The position numbers and the translations under genes are program-made. Positions 16,924 to 25,554 of a stretch of 29,421 nucleotides of DNA are shown here, one piece after another. The DNA comes from an archaeon. Lineage in GTDB: Archaea; Iainarchaeota; Iainarchaeia; Iainarchaeales; CSSED10-239. The notes under the pieces are model-generated. The model was not told the DNA's origin. It saw only the letters and a program-made list of their open reading frames with translations, and searched no databases. The number at the start of each line of letters is the position of its first letter. Position 1 is the first letter of the stretch. The DNA is taken from NCBI GenBank assembly GCA_041677685.1, contig JBAYPN010000009.1:1-29421 (forward strand), in the 5' to 3' direction.

Positions 16924-17907
16924 ATGGTTGATAGAGACATAATAAACTTTATAAAAAAAGAAAAAGAAAAAAATCTTTCTGAAAAAAAGATAAGAAAGGC
17001 TTTAATCAATGTTGGGTTTGAGAAGTCAGATGTAAAGTCAGCTTTTAAATATATTGAAGATGAACAAAAAACACTTAATAAATTAAAAAAAGATTTGTTA
17101 AACAATAAATTAGATTTGAAAAAAGAAGATTTGAAAAAAGAAGATTTAAAGAAAGAAGATTTGAAAAAAGAAGATTTAAAGAAAGATAAACAAGAAACAC
17201 TTGAAAAATTAAAGAAGGACTTTGAGAAAAGTAAAGTCTCTAAAAATAAAGCTTTTGTAAACAACTCTTCTAAAGAAAATGATTTAGATGATGATTTAGA
17301 TGATGATTTAGAGAATATAAGTTTTTTTACAGATGAATCTTTAATTAGTGATCCTATTAATAGTTCAAGTAAGAACAATTCTGATAACTTAAATAAAAAT
17401 TATTTTGACAATTCAAATAAGAATGACTTGAGTAGTTCAATTAAGAACAATAACTTATCAACTGATGATAAAAAGAAATCAAAAGATCAAAAATTTTGGG
17501 ACGATTATAAATTTGTACCTAAAAAGGAAAAACCAATTAATCCAGAATCATTTAATGTTAATTTTAAAGGAGCTGTTAAAAAAAATAAGTATAATTCTTA
17601 TAAATCTGTGATTATGGATAGTTCTGAAAAAGGGAGATCTTTAAGTTCTTTTCAAAAAATGTTTTTAGTTTTTGGTTTACTTCTCTTTTTAGCAATTATC
17701 TTTTTTTTCTTTATTCCAAATAACTTTTTTAGTTTACACAAAACAACATCTCAATTAAATGAAAAATACTTAGAAAAACAAAAAGAAGTAGTTGTTACAG
17801 ATTGTAATAGCTTAGATCAATATTCTTGTTATGCAAATCCAAAATGTGAAGTTGTTTATGACAGAACTGGTGGATATCTAACATATATTGAATGTAGGAG
17901 TACCTAG
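16924..17907 (+). CDS. Bitopic membrane protein with a charged low-complexity cytoplasmic region (KKEDL repeats), one TM and a small 4-Cys C-terminal ectodomain
   Basis: I take the ATG at 16924; the track start at 16915 is a TTG. The N-terminal helical module is INFIKKEKEKNLSEKKIRKALINVGFEKSDVKSAFKYI. It also has (KKEDL)x5, DLDDDLDDDL, the TM FLVFGLLLFLAIIFFFFI, and then C-x9-C-x5-C-x16-C. Its stop codon abuts the next gene's ATG. Confidence 0.7.
   Translation: MVDRDIINFIKKEKEKNLSEKKIRKALINVGFEKSDVKSAFKYIEDEQKTLNKLKKDLLNNKLDLKKEDLKKEDLKKEDLKKEDLKKDKQETLEKLKKDFEKSKVSKNKAFVNNSSKENDLDDDLDDDLENISFFTDESLISDPINSSSKNNSDNLNKNYFDNSNKNDLSSSIKNNNLSTDDKKKSKDQKFWDDYKFVPKKEKPINPESFNVNFKGAVKKNKYNSYKSVIMDSSEKGRSLSSFQKMFLVFGLLLFLAIIFFFFIPNNFFSLHKTTSQLNEKYLEKQKEVVVTDCNSLDQYSCYANPKCEVVYDRTGGYLTYIECRST
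17113..17187 (+). repeat. Five tandem 15-bp coding repeats (gatttgaaaaaagaa / gatttaaagaaagaa) encoding DLKKE
   Basis: Read directly from the sequence, inside the CDS 16924-17907. Confidence 0.9.
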
Positions 17908-18642
17908 ATGTCTGTATATTTACAGAAACCATTTCTATTTAAAAGTTTTTTTAAATTTTTAATAATCTATCTAATTGCAGCATTTATTTTATTATTAATT
18001 GATTTTACAATAATTATAATTACAGTGATCTATTATGTTTGGTTATTTGTAATAATCTTTTTAGTTTATTTTTCAATAACTTTTTTTATCTTAAAAATCA
18101 AATCCCAAAATTATAATAGATTAATCTTAAAGGACCTACCTTTCTTTCTAAACAATCTAGCAAATGATTTAGATAGAAACATGTCTTTAAAAATTGCTTT
18201 AGAGAATAAAGTAGACAATTCAATAATTGGAATGAAAGTAAAAAAAGCCTTGTCTTTAGTTAAAAAAGGGCATAGCTTAGAAAATGCACTTTATATTGTT
18301 TCAAAGGATTCTTATGACTTGAGTAGGACTTTTAATCAATTAATAGATATTTTAAGTGTTGGAAGTAAAAATAAAGCAACAAATTTAAGATTACTTGCAG
18401 AATCAATAACTGAAGAACAAAATTATTTAATTAAAAAGTATGCAACTAAATTAAACTTAATTACTTTAATTTTTGTAATTGTTTCTGCTGTTGTCCCTGC
18501 CATGTTTTTAATGTTTCTTTTGGTTGCAAGTAATTTTTTGGAGATAACATTTTCATCATTAACAGTAATTGTTGTTTCAGTTGTTTTATTTCCATTAATA
18601 GATATGTTTTTGTTATTGATCATGAAATCAAATAATCCATAG
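17908..18642 (+). CDS. T2SSF-domain membrane platform protein, single-domain (TadB/TadC- or half-FlaJ/PilC-like)
   Basis: Two N-terminal TMs. The cytoplasmic helical domain is LPFFLNNLANDLDRNMSLKIALE...KKGHSLENAL...LIDILSVGSKNKATNLRLLAESI. C-terminal TMs follow. The ATG immediately follows the upstream TAG, suggesting translational coupling. Confidence 0.75.
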   Translation: MSVYLQKPFLFKSFFKFLIIYLIAAFILLLIDFTIIIITVIYYVWLFVIIFLVYFSITFFILKIKSQNYNRLILKDLPFFLNNLANDLDRNMSLKIALENKVDNSIIGMKVKKALSLVKKGHSLENALYIVSKDSYDLSRTFNQLIDILSVGSKNKATNLRLLAESITEEQNYLIKKYATKLNLITLIFVIVSAVVPAMFLMFLLVASNFLEITFSSLTVIVVSVVLFPLIDMFLLLIMKSNNP

Positions 18643-18690
18643 TTTAAGAGATTTAAATTTAGATATAAAAGATTGAATAAAGGCAGAAAT

Positions 18691-19536
18691 ATGATAAACA
18701 AGTTTTTTGAAGAAACAAATAAGATAATAGAAAGCAATTTAGTTTTGTTTATTTTAATTAATTTAGTTGTCATCTTCATATTTTATTTGTTTAACTTATC
18801 TATATTGTTCTCTGTAGCTTTAGCTTTGGCTTTAGACATCTTATTTATTATTTTTAAAATATTCTATATCCAATATCAATTTCAAGTAAGAAAAAAAGCT
18901 TTAGAAGTAGGCTTAATTGATGAAGTTTTAAAAATATCAAGTATTCCTAAAAAAGACATAAAGTTAGTTTTTTCTAAATTAATAAATTCAAATAATAAAA
19001 TTATTTCAGAAGAATTTTTATGGGCATATAAAAAAATAGAAAAAGGGCATTCTTTAAAAGACATATTTTCTATTTTAAAGAAGAAATATAATTCAGAGAT
19101 TTTAAATAGATTTTTAGATCTAATAATAACATCTGTAAACACAGGCTCTGTATCCTCACAGGACTATAAAAATTTAGCAAAAACTTTTTTAAAATCTAAA
19201 GAATTAATAAATGATAGAAAATCCTTACTTTTAATGCAAAAGTACACAATCATCTTTGCAGGAGGTTTAATAGTTCCTGGGATTTTAGGAGTAATTATTT
19301 CTTTAGTTAAAAAATTAGGAGAGGATGTTGATTTAACTTTAATTGGACTAAATGCTTCTACCTCTCTGTATTCTGTTGCTTATTATTGTTCTATTATTTA
19401 CATTATTGAATATGTAATTATTTCTTCAATATATTTATCACTTTTAGAAGATGAATCTAAAAATATTATAATTTATTTAATTTTACTTCTACCTGTTAGT
19501 CTTTTAATCTTTTTTGTTTCTAAGTTTTTATTATAA
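18691..19536 (+). CDS. Second T2SSF-domain membrane platform protein, single-domain
   Basis: Same layout as the previous gene: N-terminal TMs, then EKGHSLKDIF...FLDLIITSVNTGSVSSQDYKNLAKTFL, then C-terminal TMs. I prefer the ATG at 18691 to the TTG at 18673. Confidence 0.7.
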   Translation: MINKFFEETNKIIESNLVLFILINLVVIFIFYLFNLSILFSVALALALDILFIIFKIFYIQYQFQVRKKALEVGLIDEVLKISSIPKKDIKLVFSKLINSNNKIISEEFLWAYKKIEKGHSLKDIFSILKKKYNSEILNRFLDLIITSVNTGSVSSQDYKNLAKTFLKSKELINDRKSLLLMQKYTIIFAGGLIVPGILGVIISLVKKLGEDVDLTLIGLNASTSLYSVAYYCSIIYIIEYVIISSIYLSLLEDESKNIIIYLILLLPVSLLIFFVSKFLL

Positions 19537-19577
19537 TATGTTTTTCAAATTTAAAAATAAGTATTTGTTTTTATGAG

Positions 19578-20189
19578 ATGATGTTTATGTTTTCTGAGTT
19601 GAGTTTTTTAATTTACAATTTTGGATATTTAGGTGTCTTTGTATTAATGACGATTGAGAGTTCATTTATCCCTTTTCCTTCAGAGATAATTTTAATTCCT
19701 GCTGGTTATTTAGCTTTTAAAGGAGATCTAAATATATTTTTAATAATTGCTTTTGCTGTAATTGGTTCTGTTATAGGTGCACTTATCAATTATTATATTG
19801 GTTATTATTTAGGAAAGAAATATTTATTAAAACATAAAAAAATATTTTTTATAAAAGAAAAGCATTTATTAAAATCAGAAAACTTTTTTAAAAAACATGG
19901 AAACTTAGCAACATTTATTGGAAGATTAATTCCAGTAGTAAGACAGTATATTTCAATTCCTGCAGGTTTTTCTAATATGAAGCTTTCAAAATTTATATTT
20001 TGGACTTTTAGTGGAGCTTTAATTTGGAGTACTTTTCTTACACTATTAGGTTATTTACTTGGAGGCACTTTATCAAATTCAATTATTCATATTTACAATT
20101 GGATTGTGTTTGGAATTTTAGGAGTAGTTATCTGTTATTTTATAATTAGATTTGGTTTTTCTAAGAAATTTAAATTCTTTAAAAAATAG
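19578..20189 (+). CDS. DedA/SNARE-associated family membrane protein
   Basis: GYLGVFVLMTIESSFIPFPSEIILIPAGYLA and FIGRLIPVVRQYISIPAGFSNM are the DedA signature regions. Confidence 0.85.
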   Translation: MMFMFSELSFLIYNFGYLGVFVLMTIESSFIPFPSEIILIPAGYLAFKGDLNIFLIIAFAVIGSVIGALINYYIGYYLGKKYLLKHKKIFFIKEKHLLKSENFFKKHGNLATFIGRLIPVVRQYISIPAGFSNMKLSKFIFWTFSGALIWSTFLTLLGYLLGGTLSNSIIHIYNWIVFGILGVVICYFIIRFGFSKKFKFFKK

Positions 20190-20444
20190 ATATATTTAAT
20201 ATTTTGTTTTTATAAAAAGGAAAAGAAGTAATTGTAAATTTAGTTTAAGTAGAATAAATTAAAAAATTATAATTGTAATTAATGAGGCAATGGCTAAAAG
20301 AAAACATATTTAAATAAATCTCTACTTATATATATAATATCATCTATTTTTAAATAGAAAAATATAGTATTTTAGAAATTTATATGCATTAAAAAAATTA
20401 ATAATTATAAATTTAATTAAAAACAATTTAAAGGTGAAAAACTT

Positions 20445-22643
20445 ATGGGAAGAAAAGAACAAGTTGCCGAACTTGCAGAAAAGTTAATGGCGAATCAAAA
20501 AAATATTAGAAATATTGCAATTATTGCGCATATTGATCATGGGAAATCAACTCTAACAGATAATCTAGTTGCAACAGCAGGTCTAATTTCAAAGGACCTT
20601 GCTGGAGAACAGGTTTTTATGGACTCTTATGTTTTAGAACAAGAAAGAGGAATTACAATTAACTCCTCTAATGTTTCTGTGCCTTGTGATATTGATGGAG
20701 AAAAATTTTTAATTAATATTATTGATACTCCTGGACACGTTGATTTTACAGGAGATGTTATTAGGGCTATGAGGGCTGTTGATGGAGCAGTTTTAGTTGT
20801 TGATGCTGTTGAAGGAGTTATGCCACAAACAGAAACAGTTTTAAGACAGGCACTAAGAGAAAGAGTAAAGCCAGTATTGTTTATTAACAAAGTAGATAGA
20901 TTAATTACAGAGATGCATGTTACTCCTGAGGATATGCAACAAAAATTTATAAAAATTGTAATGGACATTAATAACCTGATTACAAAAAATGCACCTGACG
21001 AGTTTAGAAAAGAATGGCAAGTAAATATTGCTGATGGTTCTGTGTGTTTTGGAACTGGATTTCATAATTGGGCATTATCTGTTCCTGCTATGAAGAAATA
21101 TACAATAACTTTTAAAGATATTATTGAACTTGCAGAAAATGATAGACAAAAAGAACTTGGAGAAAGAATTCCAATTTCTGAAGTATTTTTAGAAATGGTT
21201 GCAAAGCATTTACCAAACCCAATTCAATCTCAAAAATACAGAATTCCTGTTATTTGGAAAGGAGATCCTGAAACTGCAGAAGGAAAAGCTATGCTTTCTT
21301 GTGATGCTCATTCTGATAAAGTTGCAATGATGGTTACAGATGTTGTTTTAGATAAACATGCTGGAGACATAGCTTCTGGAAGAATTTATTCAGGAGTTAT
21401 TAAGAAAGGAATGGAATTGAAAGTATTAGGTTCTGAAAAAATTGCAAAAGTTCAACAAGTTGGAATTTATTTAGGTCCTGAAAAAGTTTTGTTAGATGAA
21501 GTAAAAGCAGGAAATATTGCTGCAATTATTGGAATGAAAGAAGTTTATGCTGGACAAACAATTTCAAGTGTTGAGATGGAACCATTTGAAGACTTTATGA
21601 CAGATGTTGAACCTGTTATGACTGTTTCTATTGAGGCTAAAAATTCAAAAGACCTACCTAAGTTAATTGATGTTATTCATAATATTTCTAAGGAAGATCC
21701 AAACATTAAAGCTGAACTGAATCAAGATACAGGAGAACACTTAATCTCAGGTATGGGAGAATTACATTTAGAAATTACTCAATATAAAATTGAGAAAGAT
21801 AATAATATTCCAATTACAGTTTCACCTCCAATTGTAGTTTATTATGAAGCAATTACAAAAGCTTCTCCAGTTATTGAAGGAAAGACACCAAACAAACATA
21901 ATAAGTTTAAGATAACTGTTGAACCAATTGAAGCTGAAATTTTAGAAAATTTAAGAAAAGTAAAGCATAATGGAAAATTAAGACCAAACAAAGATTTAGA
22001 TATTGTAAAGAAATTACAAGAAGCTGGTTTCTCTATTGATGACTCTAAGAATGTTTGGGTAATTAATAATCATTCAGTTTTAATTAATAGGACTAAAGGG
22101 ATACAGAATTTAAATGAAGTTAGAGAATTAATTATTGAAGCATTTATTGATGCAACTAATGAAGGTCCTGTTGCTAAAGAAAAAGTTTCTGGAATTGTAG
22201 TTAGTTTGGAAGATGTTACTCTACACGAGGATGCAATACATAGAGGTCCTGCACAGGTTCTTCCTGCAATGACAAGAGCAATTTATGCTGGTGTTTTGTA
22301 TGGTGATTATATTTTACTTGAACCAAAACAAAAATTAACTGTTTCTGTTCCTCAAGATTTTATGGGAGCAGTTTCTAAAGTCTTGTCTTCAAGAAGAGCA
22401 CAAATTGAGGATATTAAGTCTGAGGGAGACTCAAGTATTTTTACAAGTAAGATTCCTGTAAAGTCTATGATTGGTTTTTCACAAGTAATGAGAGGAGATA
22501 CTCAAGGTAGAGCTGTATGGTCTGCTGAATATTATGGGTATGAGCCTTTACCAAAGAGTTTACAAAAAGATATAATTACAGAAATTAGAACAAGAAAGGG
22601 AATGGATCCTGAACCAAAATCAGCAGAATTTTTTATAGATTAG
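20445..22643 (+). CDS. fusA: Translation elongation factor 2 (aEF-2)
   Basis: G motifs AHIDHGKST, DTPGHVDF and NKVDR. Diphthamide-site motif LHEDAIHRGPAQ. 732 aa. SD aaaggtga 8 nt upstream. Confidence 0.97.
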   Translation: MGRKEQVAELAEKLMANQKNIRNIAIIAHIDHGKSTLTDNLVATAGLISKDLAGEQVFMDSYVLEQERGITINSSNVSVPCDIDGEKFLINIIDTPGHVDFTGDVIRAMRAVDGAVLVVDAVEGVMPQTETVLRQALRERVKPVLFINKVDRLITEMHVTPEDMQQKFIKIVMDINNLITKNAPDEFRKEWQVNIADGSVCFGTGFHNWALSVPAMKKYTITFKDIIELAENDRQKELGERIPISEVFLEMVAKHLPNPIQSQKYRIPVIWKGDPETAEGKAMLSCDAHSDKVAMMVTDVVLDKHAGDIASGRIYSGVIKKGMELKVLGSEKIAKVQQVGIYLGPEKVLLDEVKAGNIAAIIGMKEVYAGQTISSVEMEPFEDFMTDVEPVMTVSIEAKNSKDLPKLIDVIHNISKEDPNIKAELNQDTGEHLISGMGELHLEITQYKIEKDNNIPITVSPPIVVYYEAITKASPVIEGKTPNKHNKFKITVEPIEAEILENLRKVKHNGKLRPNKDLDIVKKLQEAGFSIDDSKNVWVINNHSVLINRTKGIQNLNEVRELIIEAFIDATNEGPVAKEKVSGIVVSLEDVTLHEDAIHRGPAQVLPAMTRAIYAGVLYGDYILLEPKQKLTVSVPQDFMGAVSKVLSSRRAQIEDIKSEGDSSIFTSKIPVKSMIGFSQVMRGDTQGRAVWSAEYYGYEPLPKSLQKDIITEIRTRKGMDPEPKSAEFFID

Positions 22644-22770
22644 AGTTTTAATTTGAAAACATTAAATGTTGGACACTTATTTTTTTAGTGTCAAACTCTT
22701 TTTATTTTTTTCTTTTTTTCTTTTTTTTTAATTTTCAATTTTTCTTTTTTTTTAATTGATTTTTTATTGT
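22642..22770 (+). terminator. Imperfect hairpin followed by long oligo-T tracts downstream of aEF-2
   Basis: Inverted repeats agagttt (22642-22648) / aaactct (22693-22699) and gacact (22672-22677) / agtgtc (22687-22692). Several T6-T10 runs follow. Archaeal termination at oligo-T is established. Function here is inferred. Confidence 0.5.
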
Positions 22771-22961
22771 CTTTCCTTAACACCTATCTTTTGTGACTAA
22801 TTAACATAGTCTGTTCATTATTTGTTGGACATTACATTCTTTCTTGGATTTTTAATTTTTTAAAAATCTATATGATTTATAAATGTTTATATTTACATTA
22901 ATAATATATAATTTTGTTATATCTGTATGTTTACAGAAATAAAATGGAGGGGAGAGATCTC

Positions 22962-23201
22962 ATGGTTGTTAAGAAAAAAGCACCAGTTAAAAAGGCTGTT
23001 GTTAAGAAAAAAGCACCAGTTAAAAAGGCTGTTGTTAAGAAAAAAGCACCAGTTAAAAAGGCTGTTGTTAAGAAAAAAGCACCAGTTAAAAAAGCTGTTG
23101 TTAAGAAAAAAGCACCAGTTAAAAAAGCTGTTGTTAAGAAAAAAGCACCAGTTAAAAAAGCTGTTGTTAAGAAAAAAGCACCAGTTAAAAAAAGAAGATA
23201 A
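22962..23201 (+). CDS. 79-aa lysine-rich repeat protein, M-(VVKKKAPVKKA)x6-VVKKKAPVKKRR
   Basis: ATG at 22962 lies 9 nt after ggagggg (22946-22952). An alternative ATG is at 22944. The whole ORF is seven 33-bp repeats. A terminator-like hairpin overlaps the stop codon. Confidence 0.7.
   Translation: MVVKKKAPVKKAVVKKKAPVKKAVVKKKAPVKKAVVKKKAPVKKAVVKKKAPVKKAVVKKKAPVKKAVVKKKAPVKKRR
22965..23195 (+). repeat. Seven tandem 33-bp repeats (gttgttaagaaaaaagcaccagttaaaaaRgct)
   Basis: Period 33 starting at 22965. Copies 1-3 carry aaaaaggct and copies 4-6 carry aaaaaagct. Copy 7 ends in aga aga taa. Confidence 0.95.
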
Positions 23202-23222
23202 TTTTTCTTCTTTTTTTTTATA
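23189..23222 (+). terminator. Hairpin plus T-tract
   Basis: aaaaagaag (23189-23197) pairs with cttcttttt (23207-23215) across a 9-nt loop, followed by a T run. Confidence 0.45.
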
Positions 23223-23280
23223 TTTTTTTATAAAATTTGAAAATCAATACTTTTAAAAATTCTTTAAGTCATATTATATT

Positions 23281-24411
23281 ATGATAAAGAATATTGTTAT
23301 TTTAGGTTCAAATAATAAATTTGGTTGTTCCATTATTTCTTTCTTTAAAAATTATCCAAATGTATATTCTATTTATGGTTTAACTTACGATTCTAAAAGA
23401 AATAACATAGATGAGTTTATTGAACAAGTAAATACTTTTAATTGTAAAAGAATTTATGTAAATAATAAAATTGATGCAGAATATATTGAAAGTAAAGTTA
23501 ATGCAAAAATTTTTGTTGGCTATGAAAATTTTATAAACTTTATAAAATCAACAGATATTGACCAAGTTGTTTCTACACTTTCTGGAATTATTAGTGTTAA
23601 AAAAATATTATCTGTTATCCATGAATTTAAAGACTTAACTTTACTTAACACCTCTCCTTTACTATATTCAGGTAACATTATTCCAAAGGAAGCAATTTCA
23701 AAAGGAATTAAATTAGATATTGTTTCTTACCCTGCCTACTCAATTGCTCAATTTAAAAATAATAGAAATATTTTAGATATAAGAAAAATAAATCTATTTA
23801 CTACATTTAAAAAAAAGAAACTCTTACCTACCTATGATTATGACAATTTATTAGATTACATAAAAGCATATAACTCTACAAATAATATTAGAATTTTAAA
23901 CGATTTATTTTTATGTTCTTACTTGTATAATATTGATCCGAATAATTTTGATTTCTTTTATCAAGACAAAAAGTTAATAAGCATTATTTTAAAGTTTAAG
24001 GAAGGTGGCAGTATAATTTATTCTGCAAACAAGAACCTAATTTCAATTTACAATTACTATTTTCTAAGAAATTTAAATGTTACAATTAAGGATACAGATG
24101 ATTTTGATTGTGACAAATTATCTTTTAAAGTTGAAAAAATAGATCTTAGTAAAGAAAAATATTTGTCTCTTGGTTTGTCTGCTCTTAAAAAAGGTGGAAG
24201 TTTACCAATTTTATTTTATATAACTACTGAGTTGTTTATTGAATTATTATATAATAATAGAATTTTAAAAAATGTAGAATTATACACAGTTCTTAAAAAG
24301 ATATTAGATGACCCAACACTTTACAAAAAATATCCTGACCTCTCTTCAATATATGCTTTTGAAAATAAAATTAATGATATTTTAATTAATAATTATTGTA
24401 AAAAATTATAA
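23281..24411 (+). CDS. DXR (1-deoxy-D-xylulose-5-phosphate reductoisomerase)-fold homologue with degenerate catalytic and NADPH motifs
   Basis: Colinear with remembered E. coli Dxr. The pairs are: IVILGSNNKFGCS vs ILGSTGSIGCS; DIDQVVSTLSGIISVKKILSVI...LTLLNTSPLLYSGNII vs [22 protein letters not shown]...ILLANKESLVTCGRLF; LNDLFLCSYLYNI...FYQDKKLISIILKFKEGGSIIYS vs MNKGLEYIEARWLFN...[21 protein letters not shown]; and LSLGLSALKKGGSLPILFYITTELFIELL vs [29 protein letters not shown]. Confidence 0.55.
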   Translation: MIKNIVILGSNNKFGCSIISFFKNYPNVYSIYGLTYDSKRNNIDEFIEQVNTFNCKRIYVNNKIDAEYIESKVNAKIFVGYENFINFIKSTDIDQVVSTLSGIISVKKILSVIHEFKDLTLLNTSPLLYSGNIIPKEAISKGIKLDIVSYPAYSIAQFKNNRNILDIRKINLFTTFKKKKLLPTYDYDNLLDYIKAYNSTNNIRILNDLFLCSYLYNIDPNNFDFFYQDKKLISIILKFKEGGSIIYSANKNLISIYNYYFLRNLNVTIKDTDDFDCDKLSFKVEKIDLSKEKYLSLGLSALKKGGSLPILFYITTELFIELLYNNRILKNVELYTVLKKILDDPTLYKKYPDLSSIYAFENKINDILINNYCKKL

Positions 24412-24412
24412 T

Positions 24413-25192
24413 TTATAAGTCTTTATTATAAATTATTATATTTGAATTACTTTTTTCTTTTGCTTCTTCTAAAATTTCTGGATTATTATTTACATCTTTT
24501 AATGCATAGCTCGGGATGATATGTCCAAAGCAAAAAAGATTACTGTTCTTAAATGTTTTTTTATTAAACTTTGTGCAATAATGATTTCCTCCAATTCCAA
24601 TAGCTTCAACCCAGTTTCTTGTTTTTTTAATATCTTCTCTATTATAATTAATAAGAATATTAATTAATATTTGTATAATATAATTTGCAACATCTTTATT
24701 TTCCCAATCAGGATCACTTGAACCAATTTCTACAAACATTGTAGAGATATCAAGGTAAGGTCCATGATGGGTAGCTTCTTGTTTGACTTCATATTCTTTA
24801 ATCTTTGTAGGTTTATTTTTTTTAAGATTAAATAATAGTTCTCTAATTAAGATAGGGTCAGTTTTTACTAAAGTTTTATCTTTACCTCCAAGTTCAGCTT
24901 TTCCCCAATTACCAATTGAGTGAGCTGTTATTGTTTTTGTCTTAATTTCAGATAATGTAGAGTGTTTAGAAAGAACAATTATTTGATCAATTTGTAAACT
25001 TTTAGGAATCATTTCTTCTTCACTTGAATAGATATGTTGTTTTTCAATTTCTTTAAAATAGATATTGTTTATCCCATTTGATTTTAAAAAATAGAAATCT
25101 TCTTTTTGCTCTAAACTATAATTTTCAAAAAGTCTTTTTTTTAGATTAATGGAAGCTTTATCTTCCTTGCTTGAAATTATTAATATATTCAT
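24413..25192 (-). CDS. dtdA: D-aminoacyl-tRNA deacylase, archaeal type (DTD2)
   Basis: Signature motifs HSIGNWGKAELGG, EATHHGP, FVEIGSSDPDW, GIGGNHY and GHIIPSYAL. I take the ATG at 25192 (MNILIISSKEDKAS). The track start at 25207 is a TTG. Confidence 0.85.
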   Translation of the reverse strand: MNILIISSKEDKASINLKKRLFENYSLEQKEDFYFLKSNGINNIYFKEIEKQHIYSSEEEMIPKSLQIDQIIVLSKHSTLSEIKTKTITAHSIGNWGKAELGGKDKTLVKTDPILIRELLFNLKKNKPTKIKEYEVKQEATHHGPYLDISTMFVEIGSSDPDWENKDVANYIIQILINILINYNREDIKKTRNWVEAIGIGGNHYCTKFNKKTFKNSNLFCFGHIIPSYALKDVNNNPEILEEAKEKSNSNIIIYNKDL

Positions 25193-25482
25193 TTTTATTT
25201 TTTCCAATTTATATTTATGTTGTTTACAAATAATAGTATGTTAATAAAAAATATAAAAGTTGTGCTTTTGGATTAACTTATTTTTAAAAGACTTTATTAG
25301 TTATTAGAATATTTTTTTATATAGAATATACTTTTGTTATGTTTCGTTTTTTACTTTAAACTTTAAAAATTTAAAAAGGATCATTTGTCCTAAAGATAAG
25401 TATATAAATGTTTTTATGCAATAATTATTTATAGTCTACTTTTAAATTAATTGAAATAAAAAGTTATTATAAATTCTTATGT

Positions 25483-25554
25483 GCCCTAGTAGTCTATCGG
25501 TTAGGATGCGACCCTGTCAAGGTCGCGGGACGGGTCCGACTCCCGTCTAGGGCG
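25483..25554 (+). tRNA. tRNA-Asp (anticodon GTC)
   Basis: Acceptor stem gccctag/ctagggc, D-arm gtct-atcggtta-ggat, anticodon stem cgacc/ggtcg with loop ctGTCaa, T-arm acggg-tccgact-cccgt, and discriminator g. No CCA is encoded. It is GC-rich against an AT-rich background. Confidence 0.9.

Noticed and set aside
16887-17378. ORF 16887-17378(-), 163 aa with SSFFK repeats
   Set aside because: It is the reverse-complement reading of the KKEDL repeat region. Its start lies within the tandem promoter-like array, and the sense ORF is supported by translational coupling to the next gene.
18423-19142. ORFs 18423-18779(-) and 18882-19142(-)
   Set aside because: They are antisense to the two T2SSF-like genes and show no recognisable motifs.
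20627-20968. ORF 20627-20968(-)
   Set aside because: It is antisense to the G domain of aEF-2, whose identity is unambiguous.
22965-23195. Regular 33-bp repeat array considered as a CRISPR array
   Set aside because: The repeats are directly abutting with no unique spacers. They maintain one open reading frame behind an SD and ATG, so this is a coding tandem repeat and not a CRISPR array.
22927-23256. ORF 22927-23256(+), a (LLLRKKHQLKR)n reading of the 33-bp repeats
   Set aside because: Its ATG has no SD, whereas the ATG at 22962 is correctly spaced from ggagggg. It also runs through the terminator-like hairpin. It cannot be formally excluded without expression data.
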